From: Candidatus Marinacidobacterales bacterium
GTDB lineage: Bacteria > Acidobacteriota > Vicinamibacteria > Marinacidobacterales > SMYC01
NCBI GenBank assembly: GCA_965224085.1
Contig: CBDCYI010000004.1
Coordinates: forward strand, 1,890,234-1,954,233
DNA: 64,000 nucleotides
Direction: 5' to 3'
This document shows, piece by piece, positions 49,735-60,318 of the stretch. The number at the start of each line of letters is the position of its first letter. The first letter of the stretch is position 1. The notes beneath the pieces are model-generated. The model was not told the DNA's origin, made no database searches, and saw only the letters and a program-made list of their open reading frames with translations. The position numbers were made by a program, and so were the translations under genes.

Positions 49735-51737
49735 CCCATGTTTCCCTTTTAGGTCTCTAAGTCATCATAAACAAAGGACTGAGATCCGCGGTTTGTCTCT
49801 ACGCTGACAGCACCTCCTCGGAGAAGGCTGGCGGGTCGCGTTCAACGATTCCGAGTGCAGTCAGGATCGAGTTGGCGCGAGCGGTGCCGCGCGTGACGAC
49901 GCGCTTGGTCCGCCCAGAACCCAGCTGTAAGTCGACGAGCCGGACCGAGCGTAGCGCTTGTAGTGCCTCGGTTGCGGACAGGTCGAGTTCGGCGACCTTG
50001 AGCTTTTTCTCAAGAGCCCGATGCACAAGGAAGGCCAGCGTAGCTACGAAAAGATGTGCCTCCACACGCTCATCGGTCTGGTGGTAAACGGGACGCATCT
50101 CAATGACATCCTTAAGGCATGAGAAGGCTCGCTCGACCTCGTTTAGGTCCTTGTAAAGGCGCACGGCGTCGACCGGAGAGAGGTTTTGCTCCTCGGTTTG
50201 AATAACGTACTTACCCTCGTAGGCTTGCTCGCGCTTGAGGTTGACCGGGTGCTCGAAGAAGCGGAAGCGAGCGTTTTTGTACTCCCAGTCGTAGTAACGG
50301 TGACCGTGGTGGCGTGCCTGTATGCGCGCGGCGGCGGCACCGATTTTCTCGGGGGCTTTCAATCGTCCCTCGCGCACGCGGCGCTCGAGGGCCTCGAATG
50401 CCGCACGGGCACGTCCCATGGCCCGCAGCCTCTGCCCGCGCTCGTAGGCGAGCCTTTCGTCGCTGTGAACGACGAAGATGCGCACGCCAGACTGCTCGGA
50501 GCGGACTTCTTGCACACGAGTCTTAGGTGGCTCGGCTTTTTCGCTCACCGTGATGCCACCAGGGCAGTCGATCCACTCTCCGCTGGCGCGCTCGATGTAA
50601 CGATAGACCTCCTCGCGCCGTCGTCTTTGCAGCCCGACGAGATAGCCCTGCTTGCGCGAGCGCACCACCGCCAGGCTGTCGCTCGTTACCATCCCTCGGT
50701 CGCCGACAAAAACCACGCGGTGCAAACCGAATCGTTCGTTGAGATCGTTGAGCACCTGCGGCACCGTTTTCGCGTCACGCCAGTTGCCGGCGAAAACATG
50801 GTGGGCGATCGGCCAACCGTCCACCATCACCAGACCGACAAGCACTTGCCGGTTACGCGGTCTGCGGTCGCGACTGTAGCCGTGGGCGCCGAGCCCCGGA
50901 GGGCCTTGACCTTCGAAGTACGTCGACGTCAGGTCGTAAAACACCATGTCAACCTCAAGCGAAAACAGATCCCGCAAGCGCAAAAACAGCTCTTTCTCGA
51001 TCTGTTCTTTGCGGGCATGCAGCTGGTCGAGCGTTCGGTACCATTGCTTGAGTTGGCGAAACTCCACGCGAACCCGCGGGGAGCGACTCGCTCGCCGCTC
51101 CCCATCATCGCGCCACTGCGGCACCCACCGCCGCCCCTGCCGGTCGCAGACGAAGTCGGTCTCGAGCCAGCGCGCCAGACCGTGCTCGCTTGACGGAGCA
51201 CATAGCCGGTTGGCGACCAGCACCAAAGCTCGCTCGCTTAGCGCCACTCCGTCGCGCTTGCCGCGGCCTCCGAGCCGGTCGAGAATCTGCTCCAGTCCGA
51301 GCTCGCGCCACAGCGTCGCCGTCACCACCATCGGACCCCAATCCCACGCGTCTGCCCCCGCGATCTGCTCGGCTGCTCGCTCGGTGTCGGCCGGTTCACC
51401 GGCCCCAAGCAACCGATTGAGGGAGTCGAGATTGGCAACTAGGAGATCCTTGCGCCCCAAGTTGCACACTACGCGTTGCTTCGGCTTGCCGTGCTCCCGA
51501 TACGACTCGACCAAGCGGACATACTCATGTTGAACCCCTTTGCCGCCTGCGGCCCGAACGATGCGGAAGAACATAACCTGTCCTCACGCATACTACATAT
51601 CATTGTCCACGATTACAACGTATTAATGGCGCACAAAGCACAATATCTGTCTCTACGTTTTGGGCAAAATTCAACCCCCGTTCCTTTGAATTCAGTCACT
51701 TACGAGCGTTAGGGTGCCCATAAAGGGTAAACATGGG
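49735..51737 (-). mobile_element. IS1634-family element, complete, CTAG target duplication
   Basis: TIR CCCATGTTT(A)CCCTTT at both ends; ctag at 49731-49734 and 51738-51741. Confidence 0.9.
49799..51574 (-). CDS. IS1634 DDE transposase
   Basis: YVRLVESYR, FYDLTSTYFEG, GYSRD, VGDRGM, VERAF..LK....RPVYH. Confidence 0.95.
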   Translation of the reverse strand: MFFRIVRAAGGKGVQHEYVRLVESYREHGKPKQRVVCNLGRKDLLVANLDSLNRLLGAGEPADTERAAEQIAGADAWDWGPMVVTATLWRELGLEQILDRLGGRGKRDGVALSERALVLVANRLCAPSSEHGLARWLETDFVCDRQGRRWVPQWRDDGERRASRSPRVRVEFRQLKQWYRTLDQLHARKEQIEKELFLRLRDLFSLEVDMVFYDLTSTYFEGQGPPGLGAHGYSRDRRPRNRQVLVGLVMVDGWPIAHHVFAGNWRDAKTVPQVLNDLNERFGLHRVVFVGDRGMVTSDSLAVVRSRKQGYLVGLQRRRREEVYRYIERASGEWIDCPGGITVSEKAEPPKTRVQEVRSEQSGVRIFVVHSDERLAYERGQRLRAMGRARAAFEALERRVREGRLKAPEKIGAAAARIQARHHGHRYYDWEYKNARFRFFEHPVNLKREQAYEGKYVIQTEEQNLSPVDAVRLYKDLNEVERAFSCLKDVIEMRPVYHQTDERVEAHLFVATLAFLVHRALEKKLKVAELDLSATEALQALRSVRLVDLQLGSGRTKRVVTRGTARANSILTALGIVERDPPAFSEEVLSA

Positions 51738-51740
51738 CTA

Positions 51741-52175
51741 GTGATAGATTTGAATGAGATCTTACGCCAAGGTCCGCTTCCAGCGCGAGAGCTCGCGGAC
51801 ACGGCAGGCTCACGTGCCACGCTGTCTCGAAGCCTCCGCCGAATGGGCCCCTCGGTGGTTCGCATCGGGCGAGCTCGCGCAACCCGCTACGGATTACGCC
51901 GAAGGGTCACTCGTCTGGACACGAGCGAGTTGCCTGTTCTCGAAATCGATGAAGAAGGGCGTGTAAGAGCCGGCGGGCGCCTCGTCTTTCTCCAAGGGGA
52001 TGTCACGGTCTGGCAACCGGGCGACGAAACTTATGCGGGACTGCCGCCCATCATGGCCGACATGGCACCGCAAGGTTTCTTGGGACGCAGATTCCCACAG
52101 CAACACCCGAGTCTAGGACTCCCCCCCCGTCTGAGCGACTGGAGCTACGAGCATTTGCTAACAGCACTCGCACGC
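51741..52175 (+). pseudogene. YjjJ-like HipA-family toxin, N-terminal part only
   Basis: SRATLSR...GRARATRY...LP...DMAPQGFLGR...LP..L.DW; kinase domain lost at the IS boundary. Confidence 0.75.
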
Positions 52176-53263
52176 TGCCTTGGTGCACAACTCGCGATCT
52201 CGGTCCACAATTGTCCTTTACTCACGGATTCGAGGTTCCCCATGAGCATTTTCAAACGCACTCAGCGGAAGTATGTGAAGAAGGCCTATCGCGTGAGGAA
52301 TTGGCGTGAATATGAGGCGGGTCTACGCAACCGTGGGAGCCTGACCGTCTGGATCTCGCTCACCGCCGGCAAGCTTGTGAACTGGGACGCGCCCCGGCCG
52401 AGGAGGAGGAAACCGGGCCGTCAACGCAAGTGCTCGAACCACGCCATCGAGACGGCTGTCACCCTGGGCATGGTGTTTCATCTGTCATCTAGACAGAGCG
52501 AGGGATTGCTTGCGATCGTTGTTCGCTCTGATGAAGCTAGACAATGATGTGCCCGATCACACCACGATCTCGAGGCGCAAGGCGAAGCTGGGTAAGGTCC
52601 CCTTCTACCAAGACAAGCAGAAGACGCCGTTGCACATCTTGATCGACAGCAGCGGTCTCGCTGTCCACGCCGGCCAGCTGCGCAGAGCACCAAATAGCAG
52701 GGACTATCGCAAGCTCCATCTGTGTGTCGACGAGCAGAGTGGCGAAGTCGTCGCCGGCGAGCTGACGAGCAAAAGAGCCCGCGATTCATCGCGGGTTGCA
52801 TCGCTTGTCAGACAGAGCGACAGTCCCATCTCATCGGCCAGAGCTGACACCGCATACGACGCCAGCGGCGTCTATGAGGCAATCGAGAATCACAGCGCTC
52901 ATCGCTCGCCGAGGGTGCTGATACCGCCGCGCAAGGGCGCCCTGCTCGCATCGGGGCCGGCGAGCAGCCGACAGCGCAATCGCAACATTGCAGCACAAGC
53001 TCGGCTCGGCAAACGAAAGTGGCACACAGAATCGGGCTACAGCAAACGGAGCAAAGTCGAGACAACGTTCCATCGCTACAAGGCTATCGTGGGCTCAGCG
53101 ATGCGAGCGAGAGGGTTGGCGGCACAGAGAGTCGAGGCAAGGATCGGGTGCAAGATTCTCAACACCATGACGGCGCTCGGGATGCCTGATAGCGAGATGA
53201 TCGGATGATGGGAGTCGGGGCCAAGCGAGCTCTCGGCCTCTATCGGAGTTGTGCACCAAGGCA
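52176..53263 (+). mobile_element. IS5-family (IS903 group) element, copy 2; transposase frameshifted at about 52510
   Basis: Same 18-bp TIRs and near-identical to 15818-16904; extra T (gattgcttgcg versus gattgctgcg). Confidence 0.93.
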
Positions 53264-54503
53264 CTTCCGCGGCGGATTTTGCGGCGTCGAAAAACCGGTT
53301 GGACTTAGCGAAGAGAAGGCTCGCTAGATCGAAATCGCCGAGCTCGAAATAAAGCTCGGCGGATTTTTCTTTGTTGCCTGCCTTGAGGAACAGATCCGCG
53401 GCCCGTCCCTTCGCTTCCGCCTGGAGCGCTGCGCCGGCGGCGTCACTGTAAGCGTCGGCTTGTTCGTAGCACTCCGACGCACGCTCGAATCGTCCCGCTG
53501 TCTCGAAGATTTCGGCGGCACGGATGGGATCGCCACCTTTCAGAAAGGATTCCGCGGCCGCATCGGCGTCACCGCCCGAGAGCTTTTCGTCGCCAAGGAG
53601 ATTCGCCGCCTCACGCGCATCGCCCGCTTTTTCGTAGAGCTCGGCGGCTTTGCGCGTCGAGCCGGCCTTTCTCCAGAGCTCCGCAGCGCGTCGGATCGCG
53701 CCACTTTTTTCCGCGAGCGCCGCCGCGAGGCGCACTTGACCACCGCGCTCGTAGATCTCGATCGCTTGATTTGTCTCGCCCGCTTTTTCGAAACACCGCC
53801 CCGCGCGATGGCTCAGCCGAGCGAGCTCGGCACCTTGGCTCGCCGCGCCGTAGTGGCTGCTGCGCGCGTCGATCTCATGGACTTGGCGCGCGAAGCTCTC
53901 GCCGGCTTTCTCGAGATCGCCACCTCGCTCATAGGCTTCGGCAGCGCGAATGTGGTTGTCCGCGCGCGCGTAGATTGCCGCCGCTTTTTCGAAATATCCG
54001 GATTCGAGGAACTCCGCGGCGGCTTCGAGAGACGAGCCCGCTTTCAGGTAAGCATCTGCGGCGTTTTCGTGCTGGCCGAGGTCTTTATAGAGCTGGGCGG
54101 CGCGAAGCTTCTCGTCCGAGAGCAGAAACCAATCCGCGGCAACTTCTTTGTGTCCGAGACGAAGGCACATCTCGCCGGCGAGGTGATACTCCCCGGCCTT
54201 TTCATAACAATCAAGCGCCTTGTCAAGATCGCCGAGCTGGTCGTATTGAAGCCCGGCGGTGAGCCAGTCGCCGGACTTCTCCGCCGCCAGGGCCCCACCT
54301 TTCGCTTTCAGCCCCTCGACTCGAGAGCCGAGCAAACGCTCGCCTACGCCCCCAACGAGCGCGAGCACGCCTACTTTCTGATTGACGATATGGATCGCCC
54401 AAACGACGCCGAGCGTGACCGCGAGAATCTTGACGTTGCCCCAGGAGAGATAACTCGCGAGCCCGCCTATATGTCCAAGAATTACTTCTGCGAATTCTGC
54501 CAT
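53264..54503 (-). pseudogene. Membrane-anchored alpha-solenoid (TPR/SNAP-like) repeat protein truncated by IS
   Basis: N-terminal TM; many AAxxYExAG repeats; ORF reads into the IS TIR (PWCTT). Confidence 0.75.
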
Positions 54504-54515
54504 GGCGCTCGTGCC

Positions 54516-55379
54516 CTAAAGGTCCAGCTCTTTCAGATAGTCACGAAACCGCGCGCCGAGATCGGGTCGTTTCAGCGCATAATCGACAGTGGCCATGAGA
54601 AAGCCCAGCTTGTTGCCGCAATCGTGACGAGCGCCCTCGAACTCGAAGCCGTAGATGTCGGACTCTCCGAGCAAAGACTCGAGTGCTTCGGTCAGCTGGA
54701 TCTCACCGCGCTGATCTTTCGCCGTGGTCTTCAAATGATCGAAGATCCCGGGCGTCAGGATGTAGCGGCCGATAATGGCGAGGTCGGAAGGCGCGTCCTC
54801 CACCGCCGGTTTCTCCACGAGCTTTTTGACTTTGTGAAGCCCATCGCCGGCCGGCTCCGCGGCGATGACGCCGTAGCTCGAGATATCCTTTTTAGGGACG
54901 CGCATCACCGCGAGGACCGGAGCTTGGACTTTTTCATAGACGCCGACCATCTGCCGGATACAGGGGACGTCGCTCGCGACGAGGTCATCGCCGAGAAGCA
55001 CCGCGAAGGGCTCGTCTCCCACTAGGGGCTCCGCAACCGAGACCGCGTGGCCGAGCCCCAGCGCTTCTTTCTGCCGGACATAGGACACGTTGACGAGATC
55101 CGAAATCGCCTTCACGATCTCGAGCTCCTCGCTCTTTCCTTTGTCTTCGAGAAAACGCTCGAGCTCGAACGACACGTCGAAGTGATCTTCGATGGCCGTC
55201 TTTCCGCGCCCGGTCACGATGATGACATCGGTGATGCCGGATCCGGCGGATTCTTCAATCGCGTATTGGATCAGGGGCTTGTCGACAAGAGGCAGCATCT
55301 CCTTCGGCTGCGCTTTCGTCGCTGGTAGAAATCGCGTCCCCAGCCCGGCGGCGGGCAAAACGGCTTTGCGGATGCTCAT
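54516..55379 (-). CDS. galU: UTP-glucose-1-phosphate uridylyltransferase
   Basis: KAVLPAAGLGTRFLPATKAQPKEMLP, LGLGHA, VEKP, GEIQLT. Confidence 0.96.
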   Translation of the reverse strand: MSIRKAVLPAAGLGTRFLPATKAQPKEMLPLVDKPLIQYAIEESAGSGITDVIIVTGRGKTAIEDHFDVSFELERFLEDKGKSEELEIVKAISDLVNVSYVRQKEALGLGHAVSVAEPLVGDEPFAVLLGDDLVASDVPCIRQMVGVYEKVQAPVLAVMRVPKKDISSYGVIAAEPAGDGLHKVKKLVEKPAVEDAPSDLAIIGRYILTPGIFDHLKTTAKDQRGEIQLTEALESLLGESDIYGFEFEGARHDCGNKLGFLMATVDYALKRPDLGARFRDYLKELDL

Positions 55380-55503
55380 GGCGTCAATTGGATCCTTTTC
55401 CGAGCTAAGTCCTGGGGTGGTTTCACGGGAAGCTAGATAAGATAGGCTCGCATGCATCACGCCGGCGCGCAAGCAGGATCTGCGTCGATGCTACAATGCG
55501 CCC

Positions 55504-56799
55504 GTGCTCGACGTAAAGTTCGTTACCGAAAATCGTGACCTCGTAACTCGCAAGCTCCGCGACCGTGGCGCCGATGTCGACGTCGAAACTTTCGATAAGT
55601 TGACTGGCCTGAACGCCGAGCGGAAAAGCCTCCAGACCGACGTCAGCACGATGCGACACGAGCACCAGACAGCGTCGAAGAAGATTGGGGCGCTGTTCAA
55701 GGAAGGCAAGAAAGACGAGGCAGAGGCACTGAGGGGACGTCTTCGACTGGACTCCGACGCGATCAAAGCCAAAGAGGACCGGCAGCGCGAGGTCGGCGAG
55801 GCGCTCGACAGTCTTCTGGCCACGGTTCCAAACCTCGCTCATGACAGCGTCCCTGTCGGGCCGGACGAGTCCGCCAATGAAGAAGCCCGGCGCTGGGGCG
55901 AGCCGCCCCAGATGGACTTCGCGCCAAAGCCGCATTGGGAGCTCGGCGAAGCGCTCGGCATTTTGAATTTCGAGCGTGCGGCAAGGATCTCGGGCGCGCG
56001 CTTTGCCGTGCTCGACGGCCTCGGCGCGCGGCTCGAGCGAGCCCTCATCAACTTCATGCTCGACGTCCACACGAAGGACCACGGCTATCGCGAAATGCTC
56101 CCGCCCTTTCTCGTCGGCTCGGGCGCACTATTCGGTACCGGTAACCTGCCGAAGTTCGAAGAAGATCTGTTCAAGGTCCGGGAGCACGATCTATATCTCG
56201 TCCCGACAGCGGAAGTGCCACTCACGAACTTGCATCGGGACGAGATTCTCGAAGCGTCCGATCTTCCGCGCTGCTATACGGCCTTCACCCCTTGTTTTCG
56301 AAGCGAAGCGGGATCCCATGGAAGGGATGTTCGGGGGCTCATTCGCCAGCATCAGTTCAACAAAGTCGAGCTCGTGAAGATCACCGACGCGGAAAGCTCC
56401 TTTGACGAGCTGGAAAACTTGACCGCGGACGCAGAGTCCATTCTGAGAAAGCTCGAGCTTCCCTATCGCGTCGTGACCCTCTCGACGGGCGACATGGGGT
56501 TTTCAGCTGCAAAAACCTATGACCTCGAAGTGTGGCTCCCGTCTCAAGACACGTATCGCGAGATCAGCTCGTGCAGCAACTGCACCGATTTCCAAGCGCG
56601 GCGCGCCAAGATCCGCTACCGCCCCGAGCCGAACGCGAAGGCGCGCTTTTGTCATACCTTGAACGGATCGGCCCTCGCCGTCGGCCGCACTTGGCTCGCT
56701 ATTCTCGAGAACCATCAGAACGCGGACGGCTCGATCACGATCCCAGAGGCGCTGCGTCCCCACCTGGACGGTCTCGAGGTGCTTGCGAAGAGCGAGTGA
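55504..56799 (+). CDS. serS: Seryl-tRNA synthetase
   Basis: [40 protein letters not shown]. Confidence 0.98.
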   Translation: MLDVKFVTENRDLVTRKLRDRGADVDVETFDKLTGLNAERKSLQTDVSTMRHEHQTASKKIGALFKEGKKDEAEALRGRLRLDSDAIKAKEDRQREVGEALDSLLATVPNLAHDSVPVGPDESANEEARRWGEPPQMDFAPKPHWELGEALGILNFERAARISGARFAVLDGLGARLERALINFMLDVHTKDHGYREMLPPFLVGSGALFGTGNLPKFEEDLFKVREHDLYLVPTAEVPLTNLHRDEILEASDLPRCYTAFTPCFRSEAGSHGRDVRGLIRQHQFNKVELVKITDAESSFDELENLTADAESILRKLELPYRVVTLSTGDMGFSAAKTYDLEVWLPSQDTYREISSCSNCTDFQARRAKIRYRPEPNAKARFCHTLNGSALAVGRTWLAILENHQNADGSITIPEALRPHLDGLEVLAKSE

Positions 56800-56815
56800 G
56801 CGCCGAGGCTCTGGA

Positions 56816-58114
56816 CTACTGCACCTCGACGGTTCGTTCGTCGGCCGCGAATTCAACCTGGGTGCTCTCGGTCTGCTCGCCTCGCCACGCGGGTGGCGAG
56901 GGCCGGCCGAGAAGGAATCCCTGGCCGTAAATGATGCCGATATCGAGAAGCGTCTCGAGCTCTTCGCGGCGCTCGATCCCTTCGGCGATGATCGTCGAGC
57001 CCATCTTGTCGGCGAGCACTTTGAGCGCGCGAACCATTTCCCGGCGCACGAAGCTCGTGTCGAGATGACGAATGAGACCGATGTCGAACTTCAAGTATTT
57101 TGGCTGCAGCCACGCGATCCGCTCGAGTCCTGAATAGCCGGCGCCGATGTCATCGATCCCGATGCTGATGCCGAGCTCGGTGAGCTGTTTGACCGCGTCG
57201 CCGAACAAGGTGTAGTTCTCGATGACATAGCTCTCGGTCAGCTCGAGCACCAACTGCCGGGGCTCGAGCCCAGCTTCTTCGAGAAGATGCAAGAGGTTGT
57301 CCCCTTGAAGCGCCGGGTCGTAGATAGACGTTGGCAGCACGTTGACGAAGAGCTTGGTGTTGCTCGGGAATCCTCGGGCATTTCTAAGCGCCTTCCGCCG
57401 GCAGAGTCGGTCCAGCTCGAACGAAAGGTTCCCTTCCTCGGCCGTCGAGAAGAGATCGAGCGGGCTGGCAAAAGGCGAATCCGCCGGTCCGCGGCTTAGA
57501 GCTTCGAAGCCGATGGTCCTGCGCTCGCCCATGTCGACGATCGGTTGGAATACGGTACCGAGCTCCTCGTGCATGAGAATCTCTTGTAGAAGACCGCGAG
57601 CACGAAATTGTCGGTCGGCTTGAACGAGGCGCACGCATTCCCAAGCGTCTTGGACGAGACGCGCGACGAGACGCTCGGGCGTGATGAGCGGGTTATTTAG
57701 GACGAGACTGAAACCCACCGTGATGCGGGTCGGGCCGCTGAGATAAGGCGAGACGAGCCGACCGAGGCTGGCATTCAAATGGTTCTCGACCCGCTTCGCG
57801 ACTGCCTCGAGCTCGGCAAGCCGCAGAGCGCCGCCGCGCCGCTTCGGCGGACTCAGGAAAACGAGAAAGCCATCGCCGTTGCGATCGTTCGAAGCAAAGA
57901 TGTCGCTGCCACGAACTTCGGTACCAGAGAGCTCGAGAATCAGCGCCGTCGCGCTTTCAAGGACCTCGCTGTAAATCTTCGAGCCATAGTTCATCTCGAC
58001 TTGGTTGAGCGGCGTGAGGTCGACGAGGATGGCGCCGAGACCTCCCTGCTTTCTCAGAAACGGCAGAATTTCTTCGACGTGATCGAGATAAGGCGCGGGC
58101 TTCGATGGTTCCAT
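56816..58114 (-). CDS. EAL-domain c-di-GMP phosphodiesterase with degenerate GGDEF-like N-terminus
   Basis: FQPIV, EALSR, FVNV, ELTE, DDIGAGYS, AEGIE, YGQGF; NGDGF upstream. Confidence 0.9.
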   Translation of the reverse strand: MEPSKPAPYLDHVEEILPFLRKQGGLGAILVDLTPLNQVEMNYGSKIYSEVLESATALILELSGTEVRGSDIFASNDRNGDGFLVFLSPPKRRGGALRLAELEAVAKRVENHLNASLGRLVSPYLSGPTRITVGFSLVLNNPLITPERLVARLVQDAWECVRLVQADRQFRARGLLQEILMHEELGTVFQPIVDMGERRTIGFEALSRGPADSPFASPLDLFSTAEEGNLSFELDRLCRRKALRNARGFPSNTKLFVNVLPTSIYDPALQGDNLLHLLEEAGLEPRQLVLELTESYVIENYTLFGDAVKQLTELGISIGIDDIGAGYSGLERIAWLQPKYLKFDIGLIRHLDTSFVRREMVRALKVLADKMGSTIIAEGIERREELETLLDIGIIYGQGFLLGRPSPPAWRGEQTESTQVEFAADERTVEVQ

Positions 58115-58327
58115 GTGAATCCTTCTCTCGTGCAAGAAACATGCTGGTTTTTCCGTGCAGCCGCAACGACCGGGCGCTACCCACAAGTGATTGATAGAGA
58201 ACAGGTTCTATGGAACGAGCGTTGTCGCACCGCTTTTGAGGACGGTGGCAAATCCCTACACCGCAGTGGGAATGCCCATGGTTCGGTTTCTCTCTGAGGA
58301 TTCGGCGCTACAATGCTTCCCCTGGCC

Positions 58328-58413
58328 GGAGGGATGGCCGAGTGGTCGAAGGCGGCGGTCTTGAAAACCGTTGACCGAAAGGTCCGGGGGTTCGAATCCC
58401 TCTCCCTCCGCCA
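58328..58413 (+). tRNA. tRNA-Ser (anticodon TGA)
   Basis: GGAGGGA/TCCCTCC acceptor stem, anticodon loop CTTGAAA, long variable arm, GTTCGAATC, encoded CCA. Confidence 0.96.
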
Positions 58414-58664
58414 CCCAGTCTGGCCAATTGTGGCACTGCAGAGACGGATGAGATTTTCCGCGCGGTTGGCGGGGTTTTGCAGGGGTAGGTGGCACCAGAG
58501 ACGCGCTAGAAGGGCTGAACGGGCCTCATTTTTGGGATTCGTCTCTAATCGCGATTTTCGAGTGCCACGTTTGCGCAAAGTAGGAGAACGGGCACTGACC
58601 GGGCCGTGCAGCGTCGGAAAAGAGGCCACCCGAGGGGTCCAGAATCGAGGCCAGGGCTACCGTG

Positions 58665-58885
58665 GCGTAGCCGGCTAGCACGTTCTGGTCCAGGTGGGCT
58701 TGGGCCTCCTTGGTGTCCTTACTTGCCTCGGATTCGGCCTCAATCAGGGTCCGGCAATGCTTGAGCATGTTCCCGAACTGATCGTTGAAGGTCTTGAGGA
58801 TGTTCGAGAGGCGGTCGAGTTCGGCTTCCGGCCTGTGGCCGCCGCCGGTAGTCGGCACCGGCTCGATCTCGGCGTCCTCATCCGC
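58665..58885 (-). pseudogene. Fused scraps of type I R-M genes (HsdR C-terminal-like plus probable HsdM-like piece)
   Basis: DAEIEPVPTTGGGHRPEAELDRLSNILKTFNDQFGN, then LIEAESEASKDTKEAQAHLDQNVLAGYA; recognised from memory only. Confidence 0.55.
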
Positions 58886-58954
58886 CTGTGCCTTCTATTT
58901 ATTCATCCGGGCGCCCCAAACTTGATTAGTCTCCGGTCTGCCCGGCACCATGCC

Positions 58955-59198
58955 TGCTTGATTTCGTCGTTTGTTCGCGCTCTCATCTCCGCCTTCAAGG
59001 CTCGTCGCGAGCTGGCTCTCGACAATGTCGCTCTTCGGCAGCAGCTCGCCGTCCTCCGCCGTTCGGTGAAACGGCTGCGGCTCTCGAACGTCGACCGCGG
59101 GTTTTGGGTAACTGTAGAGCCTAAGGGCCCTTGGCCCAGTCGCTAAGCTGCTGATTTATGGTCTATTTCAAAAGGGCTGAGTTTTGGCACAGGACGGG
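58955..59198 (+). mobile_element. Integrase-core (rve) element relic: N-terminal coding scrap joined to a terminal repeat
   Basis: RRELALDNVALRQQLAVLRRSVKRLRL...DRGFWV, then ctaagctgctgatttat...gagttttggcacaggacggg. Confidence 0.75.
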
Positions 59199-60055
59199 GT
59201 GTACGTGTCGAGGGCGCCGTCGCCGGTGAGGTCCAAAAGCTGCGGTAGCACGTCGTCGGGCCAGCTCTCCATCCTCTGAATCCGCTGGGGCCCTCCGTCG
59301 AGATAAAAGTTCATCGTGTCTCCGGTGAACAGCACCTCCACGTCGGTGAGCGCCTCCTTGAGGTCGCCACCGGCCGCCGTGCTGCGATGGACGAACTGGC
59401 TCCCGATGTAGAGCGATCCGTCGTGGGGATCGATGGCCATCCCCGGGTTCCAGTTGTAGCGGAGATCGATCCCCTCGGGATGGGCCGGCCCGATCGTGTG
59501 GCGCTCACCGGTTTGAAGGTCGGATCGGACGATGTAGCCGGCCTCCCTGTCGAGCGCATCTCCAAGCTCAATGCCTTTGGCCGGGTGCAAGACCTTGTCG
59601 CGAACAGTCTTCAGGTCCTCGATGGCGGCGCTCTTTGAGTCGAACAACTCCTCAAGCGGACCGAACGCAAGACCGGGATCCCGTCTTGACGCCGAGCGGT
59701 AGTTCTCCAGCTCGACATAGAGCAGACACAGATACATCTCCCAGGGAACCATGTTGATGTAGTCCACCATAGGACGACTGTTCACATCCGCTCCCATTCC
59801 CTGCTCTTCGAACAACACGTTGAGCACCTCTTTGGCATCTCCCTCTCGGCCCAGATCCCGGATGCCCAGGCGGGTCATCGTGCGTATCAGATGATTGATG
59901 TTGCGCACCGCGATACGCCGGACGCCCTCAAGTATCGTGCTTCTGTGCCGCCGAAGATTACGGTAGTGCCGCAGCGTCGCGTTCGGCAGCCTATCCCGCC
60001 CGTCACCGGCATATGGCCTGAGGGTTATCTCAGCGCAATCCACGTCAGTTCTCAT
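59199..60055 (-). pseudogene. Mosaic ORF: unknown N-terminus, VPS10/BNR-like glycosyl hydrolase scrap, further fragment
   Basis: LRYNWNPGMAIDPHDGSLYIGSQFVHRS embedded between unrelated segments; ORF ends inside the terminal repeat. Confidence 0.45.
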
Positions 60056-60318
60056 CCGCCCGCCACGCCTCCTTTGTCACGTCCAGCACGCGACGCATGA
60101 TCAGCACCGTTAGGGACCGTCACCGCCGACTCCTTTGTTGTCGCCAGCCGGGAGACGCTCTACGAGCATCCCGATACCGGTGCCGCGACCGAGCTGGTTG
60201 AGATCGTCCGCCGTGACAGGCTGGAGCCCACGACTGCCGAGGCCGCACTCGCCATCGGTACGCGCGACCCCACCCCGCCGGGCAAGCCGCAACTGGCCGT
60301 GGCCGAGTTCAGAACCTG

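Noticed and set aside
15818-53263. Composite transposon carrying the 35-kb interior
   Set aside because: Outer flanks share no target duplication and the interior is housekeeping genes.
53460-55025. 521-aa plus-strand ORF and similar long antisense ORFs (48009-49082, 34391-35551, 50186-51193)
   Set aside because: Shadow ORFs opposite well-supported genes in GC-rich DNA, with no motifs.
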